A stretch of DNA of 40,483 bases, taken from the NCBI GenBank assembly GCA_030838785.1, contig JAUZEY010000019.1, forward strand, positions 1 through 40,483. The letters are read 5' to 3'. Both the position numbers and the translations under genes were made by a program. Source of the DNA: Actinomycetota bacterium (GTDB lineage Bacteria; Actinomycetota; Acidimicrobiia; IMCC26256; BP-133). Below the pieces are notes generated by a model, which worked only from the letters and a program-made list of their open reading frames with translations, was not told the origin of the DNA and ran no database searches. Below, piece by piece: positions 17,082 through 24,858 of the stretch (positions are counted from its first letter, which is position 1; each line of letters opens with the position of its first letter).

Positions 17082-17347
17082 CGGCCGACCTCCTGGTGCG
17101 TCGTCGAAGGGGCTTCACACTGGATGACCGTGGTGGTGAACGGGGCGGTCGGTATGACGATGGGGCCGAGCGAGACGAGGCCGTTCCCACAGGTGGCGGT
17201 GATCGTCGTGGTATCGGGGGAGTTCTGCCGCCCGCCGCCGGGTGTCGGGCTGACGGTGACGGCCGCGTCGGCGGGGACGGCGACGCTGAACACGGCGGCG
17301 GCGGCCGCCGCCGCCATGACGCCTCGGAACGTGCTTCTGCGGTGCAT
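17078..17347 (-). CDS. Small secreted protein (Cys pair, LGPIVIPT motif), paralog 4
   Basis: SD GAGGAGG before ATG 17347. Signal peptide ...AAAAAAVFSVAVPADA. Mature part is Thr/Pro/Ile-rich with 2 Cys, resembling the three ORFs at 10.8-11.8 kb. Confidence 0.55.
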   Translation of the reverse strand: MHRRSTFRGVMAAAAAAAVFSVAVPADAAVTVSPTPGGGRQNSPDTTTITATCGNGLVSLGPIVIPTAPFTTTVIQCEAPSTTHQEVGR

Positions 17348-17381
17348 GGCGTGGTGAACCTCCTCGTGGATGGGTTGGCCG

Positions 17382-18200
17382 TCAGACGGTCCGGAAGCGG
17401 CGCGTGGCGAGGGTGGCGGAGATGACGAGGATTCCCACCGACCAGGCGAGCGCGTAGAGCACCGGTCCCTCGGCGGAGCCCGTCCCCTGCGTCAGGGCGC
17501 GGAGGGCGTTGATGACGTGGGTGACCGGTTGGCCGTTGGCGAACGTCCTGAGCCAGCCCGGCATGGTCTCGGTCGAGGTGAACGTCGACGCCGCGAAGAC
17601 GAGGGGGAAGGTGACCACGAAGGCGAGGAGCGTGGCGGCTTCGACGTTGCGGACGACGAGGCCGAGGAGGGTGAAGAGCCACGAGCAGGCGTAGCCGAAG
17701 AGGAGGGCGATCCCGATACCGCCGAGGATCGGAGGGAGCGAGTTGTGGAAGCGGAACCCGACGAGAAGCCCGATGGCGATCATCAGGCCGGTCGTGTAGG
17801 TGAGACGGACCAGATCGGCCAGCGTCCGGGCGGTGAGGATGGCGCCCCGCTGCGTCGGCAGGGACCGGAAGCGGTCGGTGACCCCTTTGGAGAGGTCCTC
17901 GGCGACGCTGACAGCCGAGGATGAGCCGCCGAAGAGCGAGGTCTGCACGATGATCCCCGGGATGAGGAAGTCGACGTAGCTCGGGTAGCCGGCGACGTGG
18001 ATGGAGCCGCCGAACACGTAGCGGAAGAGCAGGACGAACATGACCGGCATGATGGCGGCGGCCACGACGAGCTGGGGTGTGCGGAGGGAGACGAGAAGGT
18101 TGCGGCGGGTCAGCACCAAGGTGTCGGTGATGAAGGCCCGCACACCCTGCGGTCGGACGGTTCGGCGGTTCGCGGCGAGGTCGAAGGCTGCGGTGCTCAT
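17382..18200 (-). CDS. ABC-2 type transporter permease (DrrB-like)
   Basis: Six predicted TM segments. LTRRNLLVSLRTPQLVVAAAIMPVMFVLLFRYVFGG. Confidence 0.9.
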   Translation of the reverse strand: MSTAAFDLAANRRTVRPQGVRAFITDTLVLTRRNLLVSLRTPQLVVAAAIMPVMFVLLFRYVFGGSIHVAGYPSYVDFLIPGIIVQTSLFGGSSSAVSVAEDLSKGVTDRFRSLPTQRGAILTARTLADLVRLTYTTGLMIAIGLLVGFRFHNSLPPILGGIGIALLFGYACSWLFTLLGLVVRNVEAATLLAFVVTFPLVFAASTFTSTETMPGWLRTFANGQPVTHVINALRALTQGTGSAEGPVLYALAWSVGILVISATLATRRFRTV

Positions 18201-18209
18201 GCTGGCTCC

Positions 18210-19196
18210 TCAGGCGGTGGCGGCGGCGGGGGTGATGGTGGGGCGTTGGGGCGTGGTCTGTTGGGTGAGGCTGAGGAAGACGTCGTCGAGTGACGGTCGG
18301 CGGACGCCGAGGTCGTCGACGGAGATGCCGGCCTCCTCGATGCGGCGGGCGGCGGCCAGCAGCGTGTGCACCCGCTCGCCGGTGGGGAGCGTCACGCGTT
18401 GGCCCCGGAGGTCGGCCATGGGCGGGCCGGAGCCGAGCCCGTTGAGGAGGGTGACGAGCCGCTCGACATCGGTCGGGTTGGTGGCCCGGACTTCCACGAC
18501 GTCGCCGCCGAAGCGTTGCTTGAGTTGGTCAGGGCTGCCGGCGGCGATGACGCGGCCGCGTTCGATGACGGCGATGCTGTCGGCGAGCCGGTCGGCTTCT
18601 TCGAGGTACTGGGTGGTCAGCAGCAGCGTGGTGCCCTCCCGGACGAGCTCGTCGATGAAGGCCCACAGCTCGATGCGGGTGCGGGGGTCGAGGCCGGTGG
18701 TGGGTTCGTCCATGATGAGGACCTCGGGGCGGCCGACGAGGCTGGCGCCGAGGTCGAGGCGGCGGCGCATGCCGCCGGAGTAGGTGCCGACACGCCGGTC
18801 GGCGGCCTGGGTGAGCGAGAGCCGCTGCAGGACCTCGTCGGCCCGGTGGTGGGCCAGGAACCGGCTCAGGCCGTAGAGGCGGCCGACCAGTTCGAGGTTC
18901 TCCCGTCCGGTGAGGGTCTCGTCCACGGCGGCGAACTGGCCCGCGAAGCCGATCAGGGAGCGGACCATGCGGGCCCGGCGGACGACGTCGAGCCCGGCGA
19001 TGCCGACGCTACCCTTGTCCGGGGCGAGAAGTGTGGCCAGGATCCGGACGAGCGTCGTCTTGCCCGCCCCGTTCCGGCCCAGCAGGCCCAGGACCGTGCC
19101 CTGCTCGACCTCGAGGTCGACGCCGGCCAGAGCCTGCGTCGACCCGAACGACTTCTCCACACCCTCCACCGTGATGAACCGGTTACTCGCCGACAC
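18210..19196 (-). CDS. ABC transporter ATP-binding protein (DrrA-like)
   Basis: Walker A GRNGAGKTT, signature YSGGMRRRL, Walker B LIMDEPTTGLD. GTG 19196 lies behind GGAAGGAG; the track start at 19223 is also possible. Confidence 0.9.
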   Translation of the reverse strand: MSASNRFITVEGVEKSFGSTQALAGVDLEVEQGTVLGLLGRNGAGKTTLVRILATLLAPDKGSVGIAGLDVVRRARMVRSLIGFAGQFAAVDETLTGRENLELVGRLYGLSRFLAHHRADEVLQRLSLTQAADRRVGTYSGGMRRRLDLGASLVGRPEVLIMDEPTTGLDPRTRIELWAFIDELVREGTTLLLTTQYLEEADRLADSIAVIERGRVIAAGSPDQLKQRFGGDVVEVRATNPTDVERLVTLLNGLGSGPPMADLRGQRVTLPTGERVHTLLAAARRIEEAGISVDDLGVRRPSLDDVFLSLTQQTTPQRPTITPAAATA

Positions 19197-19289
19197 GCCA
19201 ACTCCTTCCGCCATAAGCGTCACAAGGGATTCAGACCCAACCCCGTTCCAGAGGCTTGTCCTCCGGGCCGGGTTCTGCCCGCCGTCACC

Positions 19290-20210
19290 TCAACCGGCCA
19301 CCGTCAGCTCCACCTCGCGAACCGGCATGGACACCGAGCGGGCCACCTGCAGGAACCCGGAAGTGGCGATGCCGGTCTGCTCGGGATGGCTGATGAGGAC
19401 CACCTGACAGGTGGGGGAGGGGGATGCGAGGGGCAGGAACAGCACGCCCGGGGTGGCGTAGCGCCGTTCCGTCGATGCCGGAACCAGCGCCGCGCCGGCG
19501 CCGGCCGCCACCGCCAGCAGGAGGTGCTCCATGCTCGGCTCGGCCACCTCGAACGGCGCGATGGCGACGCCCGCGTCGCGCCAGGCCGTGACCACGGCGT
19601 CGAAGAAGGCCGGGTTCGTGGTGCGGGCCATCATCAGGAGCGGCGTACGTTCCAGCTGGCGCGGGCTGATCGCCGGCGCGCCGGACAGGGGATGGGACTC
19701 GCTCATCGCCACGAGCACGCCCTCGTCACCGAGCGGGGTGACCCGCAGTCCGGTGACGGGTGCGGGGAGGCAGACAACGGCGGCGTCCAGCCGACGGTTG
19801 CGCACCCGCTCGACGAGCTCCAGGGCCGGGCACGTCTCGAGCACGATCTCCACGCCCGGTGTCGCGGTCGCAAAGCGCTCGAGCGCCCGGGGCAACGCCG
19901 CCGGCACGGCATCGGGCAGATGGCCGATCCGCAGCCGGCCGTTCTGGTGGTCCCGGGCGTCGATGACGGCGCTGCGGGCCCGGGCGGCCTGCTCCAGCAC
20001 CCGCCGGCCCTCGACCAGGAGGACCTCTCCGGCGGGAGTCAGGCAGACCCGGTGCTGCGTCCGCTCCAGGAGCTGCACGCCCAGCTCTTCCTCGAGCTTG
20101 CGCACCTGCTGGCTCACGGCCGGCTGCGCGACCCGCAGGCGCTCGGCGGCGCGCCGGAAGTGAAGCTCTTCGGCGACGGCCACGAAGTAGCGGAGATGTC
20201 GGAGTTCCAT
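19290..20210 (-). CDS. LysR-family transcriptional regulator
   Basis: MELRHLRYFVAVAEELHFRRAAERLRVAQPAVSQQVRKLEEELG plus a substrate-binding domain. Confidence 0.9.
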   Translation of the reverse strand: MELRHLRYFVAVAEELHFRRAAERLRVAQPAVSQQVRKLEEELGVQLLERTQHRVCLTPAGEVLLVEGRRVLEQAARARSAVIDARDHQNGRLRIGHLPDAVPAALPRALERFATATPGVEIVLETCPALELVERVRNRRLDAAVVCLPAPVTGLRVTPLGDEGVLVAMSESHPLSGAPAISPRQLERTPLLMMARTTNPAFFDAVVTAWRDAGVAIAPFEVAEPSMEHLLLAVAAGAGAALVPASTERRYATPGVLFLPLASPSPTCQVVLISHPEQTGIATSGFLQVARSVSMPVREVELTVAG

Positions 20211-20211
20211 G

Positions 20212-21609
20212 TCATGCGCCTCCATTGCCGGAGATGGGGGAGAGCCCCGCGCCGTGGGCGACGGCGATCGCTTCGGTGCGGGAGCCGACCTGGAGCTTGG
20301 CCAGGATGTTGGAGACGTGGAACTTGACGGTGCGCTCGCTGATGAAGAGCCGGGCGGCGATGTCGCGGTTGCGCAGCCCGGCGATCATGAGTTCGAGCAC
20401 CTCGCGCTCCCGGTCCCGTAGCTCGGCCAGGCGCCTCGTGGCCGGAGTCTCCGGTGCGGGAGCGAGGTCGTGCAGGGGCAGGACACAGCTGAGCGTGGTG
20501 CCCCACTGCGGGTTGACGTCGAGGTCGACCCGGCCCCGGAGCTCGGCCGCCAAGCGGCGGATGTCGGACAGGCCGCGGTCGAGGCCCGGGGCGGCGTGGT
20601 CGGCACCGACGGCGTTGTCGGCGATGGTGATGAGCAACGCCTGGTCGGTGAGTCGCCACCGGAGGCGGACCTTGTCGGCTCCGGGGCGTTGGATGGCGTT
20701 GAGGGCTGCGCCGCGGGTGATGAGGCGGGCGGCGTGGGCCACGGCGTACGCCACCTGGGCCGACTCGTCGGCGTCGAGATCGGCGACAAGTTGGATCTGG
20801 GCCGCGCCGGCGATGCTGCTGACCTCTTTTTCGATGTCGGTGAAGGCGGCGCCGAGGGCGGCGCGGCCGGAGGCGGCGGTGGTGTCGGAGTCGGCCTGGA
20901 GGTCGAGCAGGGCACGGGAGGCCAGGTCGATGGCTTTGGCCACCCCGGGGGGCGTCGCCTGCGATCCGCCTGCGCTGGCGCTGCGCAACGACAGCAGCAG
21001 CGATGAAAGGGTGGAGGCGTGTCGCCCCCGCAGCTCGAGTCGGATGCGGTCGCGTTCCTGGCTCATGGCCCTGGAGAAGGCCAGGGTTCCCGGCGGCGGG
21101 TCATGGTCGATCGCCCGGACACGGGCGGCGGCGGCCATGGCCACCCGGAGCGCAGCGCGTTCCTGGTCCGGCGTGATGCTCATCCGTAGGTGGTCGCCGA
21201 CGATCAGGGCGGCGATGAACCCGGATGAGCGGGCCACCCAGCCGACCACCCGCAACCCGCCCAGCATGTCGGGCAGGGCCAGCCGGGCCGCCCCCCCGTC
21301 CGCCGCTGGGGGGTCGGCACTGACCATCGGGGTCCAGTCGATGCCGAGCAACCCCTGACGCGCCGCCCGCGGCGCTGCGATCTGAACGGGAAACGTCGGT
21401 GACCCCGGGGTGACCAGCACCAGCGCCGTGTGGGGCAGAACCGGAAGCAGGGCCTTACGGGCCCGCTCTGCCACTGCATCGGCGGGCGCCGTCACCATCT
21501 CGGCCAATGCCTCTTCGGGCAGGCCTACGCCAACCGGAGCGCCGTGGTCGCCGCTGACGGGCGGCCAGTCCCGATATGGCGGTTCCGATGCGATGTAGGC
21601 GTCGCTCAC
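20212..21609 (-). CDS. One-component regulator: GAF-like N-terminus + degenerate HisKA_3/HATPase_c + LuxR HTH (no receiver)
   Basis: C-terminus LRDREREVLELMIAGLRNRDIAARLFISERTVKFHVSNILAKL. Kinase-like core: H-box ERDRIRLELRGRHASTL (His replaced by Arg), N-box GAALNAIQ, DNAVG, and DRGLSDIRRL in place of GSGLxGLR. GTG 21609 behind GGAG; the track start at 21711 lies inside the promoter box. Confidence 0.78.
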   Translation of the reverse strand: MSDAYIASEPPYRDWPPVSGDHGAPVGVGLPEEALAEMVTAPADAVAERARKALLPVLPHTALVLVTPGSPTFPVQIAAPRAARQGLLGIDWTPMVSADPPAADGGAARLALPDMLGGLRVVGWVARSSGFIAALIVGDHLRMSITPDQERAALRVAMAAAARVRAIDHDPPPGTLAFSRAMSQERDRIRLELRGRHASTLSSLLLSLRSASAGGSQATPPGVAKAIDLASRALLDLQADSDTTAASGRAALGAAFTDIEKEVSSIAGAAQIQLVADLDADESAQVAYAVAHAARLITRGAALNAIQRPGADKVRLRWRLTDQALLITIADNAVGADHAAPGLDRGLSDIRRLAAELRGRVDLDVNPQWGTTLSCVLPLHDLAPAPETPATRRLAELRDREREVLELMIAGLRNRDIAARLFISERTVKFHVSNILAKLQVGSRTEAIAVAHGAGLSPISGNGGA

Positions 21610-21656
21610 CGTAACTCCGATTGCTGGTGCCGCCCGGCAGTGATGTGCAGAGGCAT
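21606..21656 (-). CDS. Possible 16-codon upstream ORF coupled to the regulator gene
   Basis: AGGAGG 6 nt before ATG 21656. Encodes MPLHITAGRHQQSELR. Its TGA overlaps the GTG 21609 start (GTGA). Confidence 0.3.
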   Translation of the reverse strand: MPLHITAGRHQQSELR

Positions 21657-21689
21657 GGAAACCTCCTGGGGTCGTGGGATCGTTCCGCC

Positions 21690-21737
21690 AGAGTGCCGGT
21701 GGCGAGACCACGTCGACATCACGCGAGTGTGTAGTCC
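21690..21737 (-). promoter_or_regulatory. Recurrent box, copy 5 + CACTCT hexamer (minus strand)
   Basis: Minus strand GGACTACACACTCGCGTGATGTC at 21737-21715 and CACTCT at 21695-21690. Confidence 0.55.
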
Positions 21738-21813
21738 TCTCGGCAGCACACGCCCCCGGCCGGGTTCCTCACGAGCCCAGAAACTCGGGGGCCTTCACCT
21801 GCTCGCCCGACGG

Positions 21814-21861
21814 ATACTGCGCGGTTGGGGGATGTCGGGCCACCACGCGCTCTGCGACCCT
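21814..21861 (+). promoter_or_regulatory. Recurrent box, copy 6 (more degenerate) + GACCCT hexamer
   Basis: ATACTGCGCGGTTGGGGGATGTC at 21814-21836; its ACTGCGCGGT is identical to copy 1. GACCCT at 21856-21861. ATG 21869 lies 7 nt later. Confidence 0.45.
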
Positions 21862-21868
21862 CGGGAGC

Positions 21869-22177
21869 ATGGACGTGTATCGGGATGGAGACGCGCTCTC
21901 GGACTGGGAGCAAGAGATCCTTGAGGACATGGAGCGCGATTTCGACCTGAGCGACCCGCGCCTCGGCGCGTTCCTCGGCCCGGACGCCATACCGCTCTAT
22001 CTCATCGCCGCCCGACTCGTCGCGACGGAAGCCGCGGTCGCCCTGGCCATGACCGTCTCCTGGGCCGGCACGCTGGCCGGGCTGGCGACGATCGGAAGCT
22101 CGTTCTGGGTAACCTCGCTTCGCGCCGCGCAGGGGCTCCGGTACCGGCCGCCCCGACCGGTCCGTGCTCGATTCTGA
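21869..22177 (+). CDS. DUF3040-like small membrane protein
   Basis: ALSDWEQEILEDMERDFDLSDPRLGAF followed by two hydrophobic helices. Confidence 0.7.
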   Translation: MDVYRDGDALSDWEQEILEDMERDFDLSDPRLGAFLGPDAIPLYLIAARLVATEAAVALAMTVSWAGTLAGLATIGSSFWVTSLRAAQGLRYRPPRPVRARF

Positions 22178-23387
22178 ACTCGCCCTCCTGGGCGGTACCG
22201 ACCCGGTCCTCCTGCCACCCGATCCGCTGGAGGAGGCCCTGGCCGACGCGATCAGCGAGATCGTCGGAGGGATGGTCCCGGGCGGCCCCCGGCTCCGGGA
22301 TCTCCACGGCGTCGTGACCGGCGCCGCCATCGGGACGGCGACGCGATTCCGGGGCGAAGGCGGCGGGATCGGATCAGTGCCCGTCAGCCCCTCGATGCGC
22401 CGGGTCCTGCGCGACTCCCTCGTCGTCGAGGTCCTGGCCCGGTATCAGACGATGCGGGGCAGCGCGGCGACCGGCGACCTCATCGGCGAGACCATCGAAT
22501 ACCTGATCGAGCTCTCGGGCACCCGGCTCGAGTCGCGGGAGGTCACCCACGGCGTCCTCATCACCGACCTCTTCGCCGACGGTTCGCGGCCGCGCTTCGA
22601 CTACCCCGCTGACCTCCGGCCGGCCAAACGGGCACCGCTGCTGTTCGACGGACGGCGCTCGCTGCTCGTCGTCGACGCGCAGGGCCACCCCCGCTTCGAG
22701 CTCCCGCGCCGCCGCCTCGAACTCGCGGGGCGGGGAGTTCCGGGTCACCTCGAGAGCGGCTCGCTGGTCGCCGCCGCCACGGCGCGGCTCGGCGGACTCG
22801 GGTTCTTCCTGGGCGCCGACCGCACCATCTGGACCTTCGTCGACGGGGAGCCGCTGCTGGTCCGTCACAGCGAGCGCTGGACGGCGTTCCCCCTCGAGCT
22901 CACGGCCTTCGTCGCCGAATTGATCGGCGGCGGCCGGGCGGCCGGGATCGTGGTGCGGACGGCCTTCGCCCTCGCCGCCCAGAGGCAGGGCGCGATCCTG
23001 GCCGTCGTCGACGACCCCAAGGCGCTGGACGGCGTCGTCCCCGACAAGGACCGGTACGACCTCCGCCACGGTGTCGGCCGGCGGGCCATGCGCCCCGAGA
23101 CCCGCTTGCACCACCTCATCGACGCCGACGACCTCGACGAGGACACCCTGGCCCGGCTGGCGGGTCTCGACGGAGCGACGATCGTCGATCGTGACGCCGA
23201 GCTGCTGGCCTACGGTGCCGTGGTCAGCAGCTCCGGCGCCCGGAGCGAAGGCGCCCGCACGGCGGCGGCCGCCACCTTGTCGCACACCGCCGACGCCGTG
23301 CTCATGGTGTCGCAGGACGGCGGCATCACCGTCCTGCACGCCGGGTCGGTGGTGGCCACGGTGCTCGGGCGCCGCGCCCCCGACTGA
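22164..23387 (+). CDS. DisA_N (diadenylate cyclase fold) domain protein with an uncharacterised ~270-aa N-terminal region
   Basis: C-terminus GAILAVVDD...LDGATIVD...AYGAVV...GARTAAAATLSHTADAVLMVSQDGGITVLHAG matches the DAC fold. DGA is present, but RHR is replaced by R-T-A. GTG start overlaps the DUF3040 stop by 14 nt. Confidence 0.72.
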   Translation: MLDSELALLGGTDPVLLPPDPLEEALADAISEIVGGMVPGGPRLRDLHGVVTGAAIGTATRFRGEGGGIGSVPVSPSMRRVLRDSLVVEVLARYQTMRGSAATGDLIGETIEYLIELSGTRLESREVTHGVLITDLFADGSRPRFDYPADLRPAKRAPLLFDGRRSLLVVDAQGHPRFELPRRRLELAGRGVPGHLESGSLVAAATARLGGLGFFLGADRTIWTFVDGEPLLVRHSERWTAFPLELTAFVAELIGGGRAAGIVVRTAFALAAQRQGAILAVVDDPKALDGVVPDKDRYDLRHGVGRRAMRPETRLHHLIDADDLDEDTLARLAGLDGATIVDRDAELLAYGAVVSSSGARSEGARTAAAATLSHTADAVLMVSQDGGITVLHAGSVVATVLGRRAPD

Positions 23388-23394
23388 CGCTCGA

Positions 23395-23441
23395 CGACTA
23401 CTCGATCGCGTGATGTCGGCGCCTGTCCTTATGGACATGCT
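23395..23441 (+). promoter_or_regulatory. Recurrent box, copy 7 + CATGCT hexamer
   Basis: CGACTACTCGATCGCGTGATGTC at 23395-23417 and CATGCT at 23436-23441. Confidence 0.55.
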
Positions 23442-23474
23442 CACGATCCAAGGACACGCGAACTGGGAGGTCCC

Positions 23475-23672
23475 ATGACGACCGCTGACCCTACCGGCAC
23501 CATTTCCGGCGACGGAGGGGCCGCAAGCCGCTACGGGCCGCCCCTGCTGCATCTGCGGGGGACGGAATACGGGCTCCGGATCCATGGGTTACGGATGGCT
23601 GCCGATGGGCGGCATGGCGCCGGTGCGGCCGGACAGGCCGACGCCGCCCTGGGCGGGTGCGACCATGGGTAA
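23475..23672 (+). CDS. Possible 65-aa ORF between the promoter box and the SDR gene
   Basis: GGGAGG 5 nt before ATG 23475. The end overlaps SDR ATG 23665 by 8 nt. Gly/Ala-rich, no recognisable family, moderate GC3. Confidence 0.3.
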   Translation: MTTADPTGTISGDGGAASRYGPPLLHLRGTEYGLRIHGLRMAADGRHGAGAAGQADAALGGCDHG

Positions 23673-24402
23673 CCTCGCCTTCGATTTCGACGGGCGGACG
23701 GTCATCGTCACCGGCGCGGCCCGGGGTATCGGCCTGGAGCTGGCCCGCCATTTCCAGCGGGCGGGGGCCGACGTGGTCATGGTGGACTTCGACGGGGACG
23801 TGCTGGCGAAAGCGGCGGCGGAGCTCGGCGTCCGGGGCCTGCAGGCCGACGTCAGTTCGACGGCGGACGTGGAGGCCGTGGTGACCGCCGTCGTCGAGGA
23901 GACCGGGCGCATCGACGTCCTGGTCAACAACGCCGGCATCCTGCGGGACAACGTGCTGTGGAAGCTGACCGACGACGACTGGGAGCGGGTGCTGGCGGTC
24001 CACGCCGGCGGGACGTTCCGCTTCACCCGGGCCTGTGTGCCGCACTTCCGGGCCCAGGAGTACGGCCGGGTCGTGAACGTCACCTCGTATACCGGGCTCC
24101 GGGGCAATTCCGGGCAGGCGAACTATGCGACCGCCAAGGCCGGGATCATCGGCTTCACCAAGACGGCGGCTAAGGAACTGGCCCGCTTCGGCGTGACGGT
24201 CAACGCCATCTCGCCCAACGCCGAGACCCGGATGGTCGAGTCCATCCCTGCGCCGAAGCGGGCGGAGCTGACCGCCGCCATTCCCCTCGGCCGTTTTGCC
24301 GCCCCCCGCGAGATGGCCGCCGCGGTGGCCTTCCTCGCCTCCGAAGAAGCCGGCTACGTGACCGGCGTGGTGCTGCCGGTCGACGGTGGCATGTCGATGT
24401 GA
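23665..24402 (+). CDS. Short-chain dehydrogenase/reductase (FabG-like 3-oxoacyl reductase)
   Basis: TGAARGIG, NNAG, catalytic S...YATAKAG, C-terminal PVDGG. Confidence 0.9.
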   Translation: MGNLAFDFDGRTVIVTGAARGIGLELARHFQRAGADVVMVDFDGDVLAKAAAELGVRGLQADVSSTADVEAVVTAVVEETGRIDVLVNNAGILRDNVLWKLTDDDWERVLAVHAGGTFRFTRACVPHFRAQEYGRVVNVTSYTGLRGNSGQANYATAKAGIIGFTKTAAKELARFGVTVNAISPNAETRMVESIPAPKRAELTAAIPLGRFAAPREMAAAVAFLASEEAGYVTGVVLPVDGGMSM

Positions 24403-24417
24403 AGGCAGGGAGAAACC

Positions 24418-24858
24418 ATGACCGCCGTTGAAGCAACCTGTGCAGAGTGTGGCGTCGTCTGGCTGTCGCCGTGGGACATCGTGGTACGGGTGTGCGTCGA
24501 CCTCCAGTCGAGCGCCTCCTACACCTTCCACTGCCCGGAGTGCGGGCTGCTGGCGGCCAAGCCGGCCAACGACCACATGGTCGACTTCCTCACCTCGATC
24601 GGGGCCTCGCTGGAGGCGTGGTACCTCCCCGAGGAGCTCCGCGAGCCCCGCCCCGACGGCGCCCCGATCAACCACGACGACCTGCTCGACTTCCACCTCC
24701 TGCTCCAGGGCAAGGACTGGTTCGAGCGTCTCGAAGGACTGGTCGCGGGCGGCGACGACCTCAGGGGGCGACCGGAATCTCAACGAGGAGGGTGGTCCCA
24801 GTTCCCGCGGGACTGGCGATCTCGATCGTTCCGCCGAGGGCCTCGATACGGTCTCTGA
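24418..24858 (+). CDS. Hypothetical zinc-ribbon protein (CxxC...CxxC)
   Basis: SD GGGAG before the ATG. CAECG ... CPECG. The last ~98 nt overlap the convergent kinase gene and encode an Arg-rich tail. Confidence 0.5.
   Translation: MTAVEATCAECGVVWLSPWDIVVRVCVDLQSSASYTFHCPECGLLAAKPANDHMVDFLTSIGASLEAWYLPEELREPRPDGAPINHDDLLDFHLLLQGKDWFERLEGLVAGGDDLRGRPESQRGGWSQFPRDWRSRSFRRGPRYGL

Noticed and set aside
15316-17682. 788-aa continuous minus-strand ORF
   Set aside because: Only the last 312 aa (from ATG 16254) form an alpha/beta hydrolase. The upstream 470 aa are Arg/Pro/Gly-rich read-through, out of frame with three well-supported genes (16251..17081, 17078..17347, 17382..18200).
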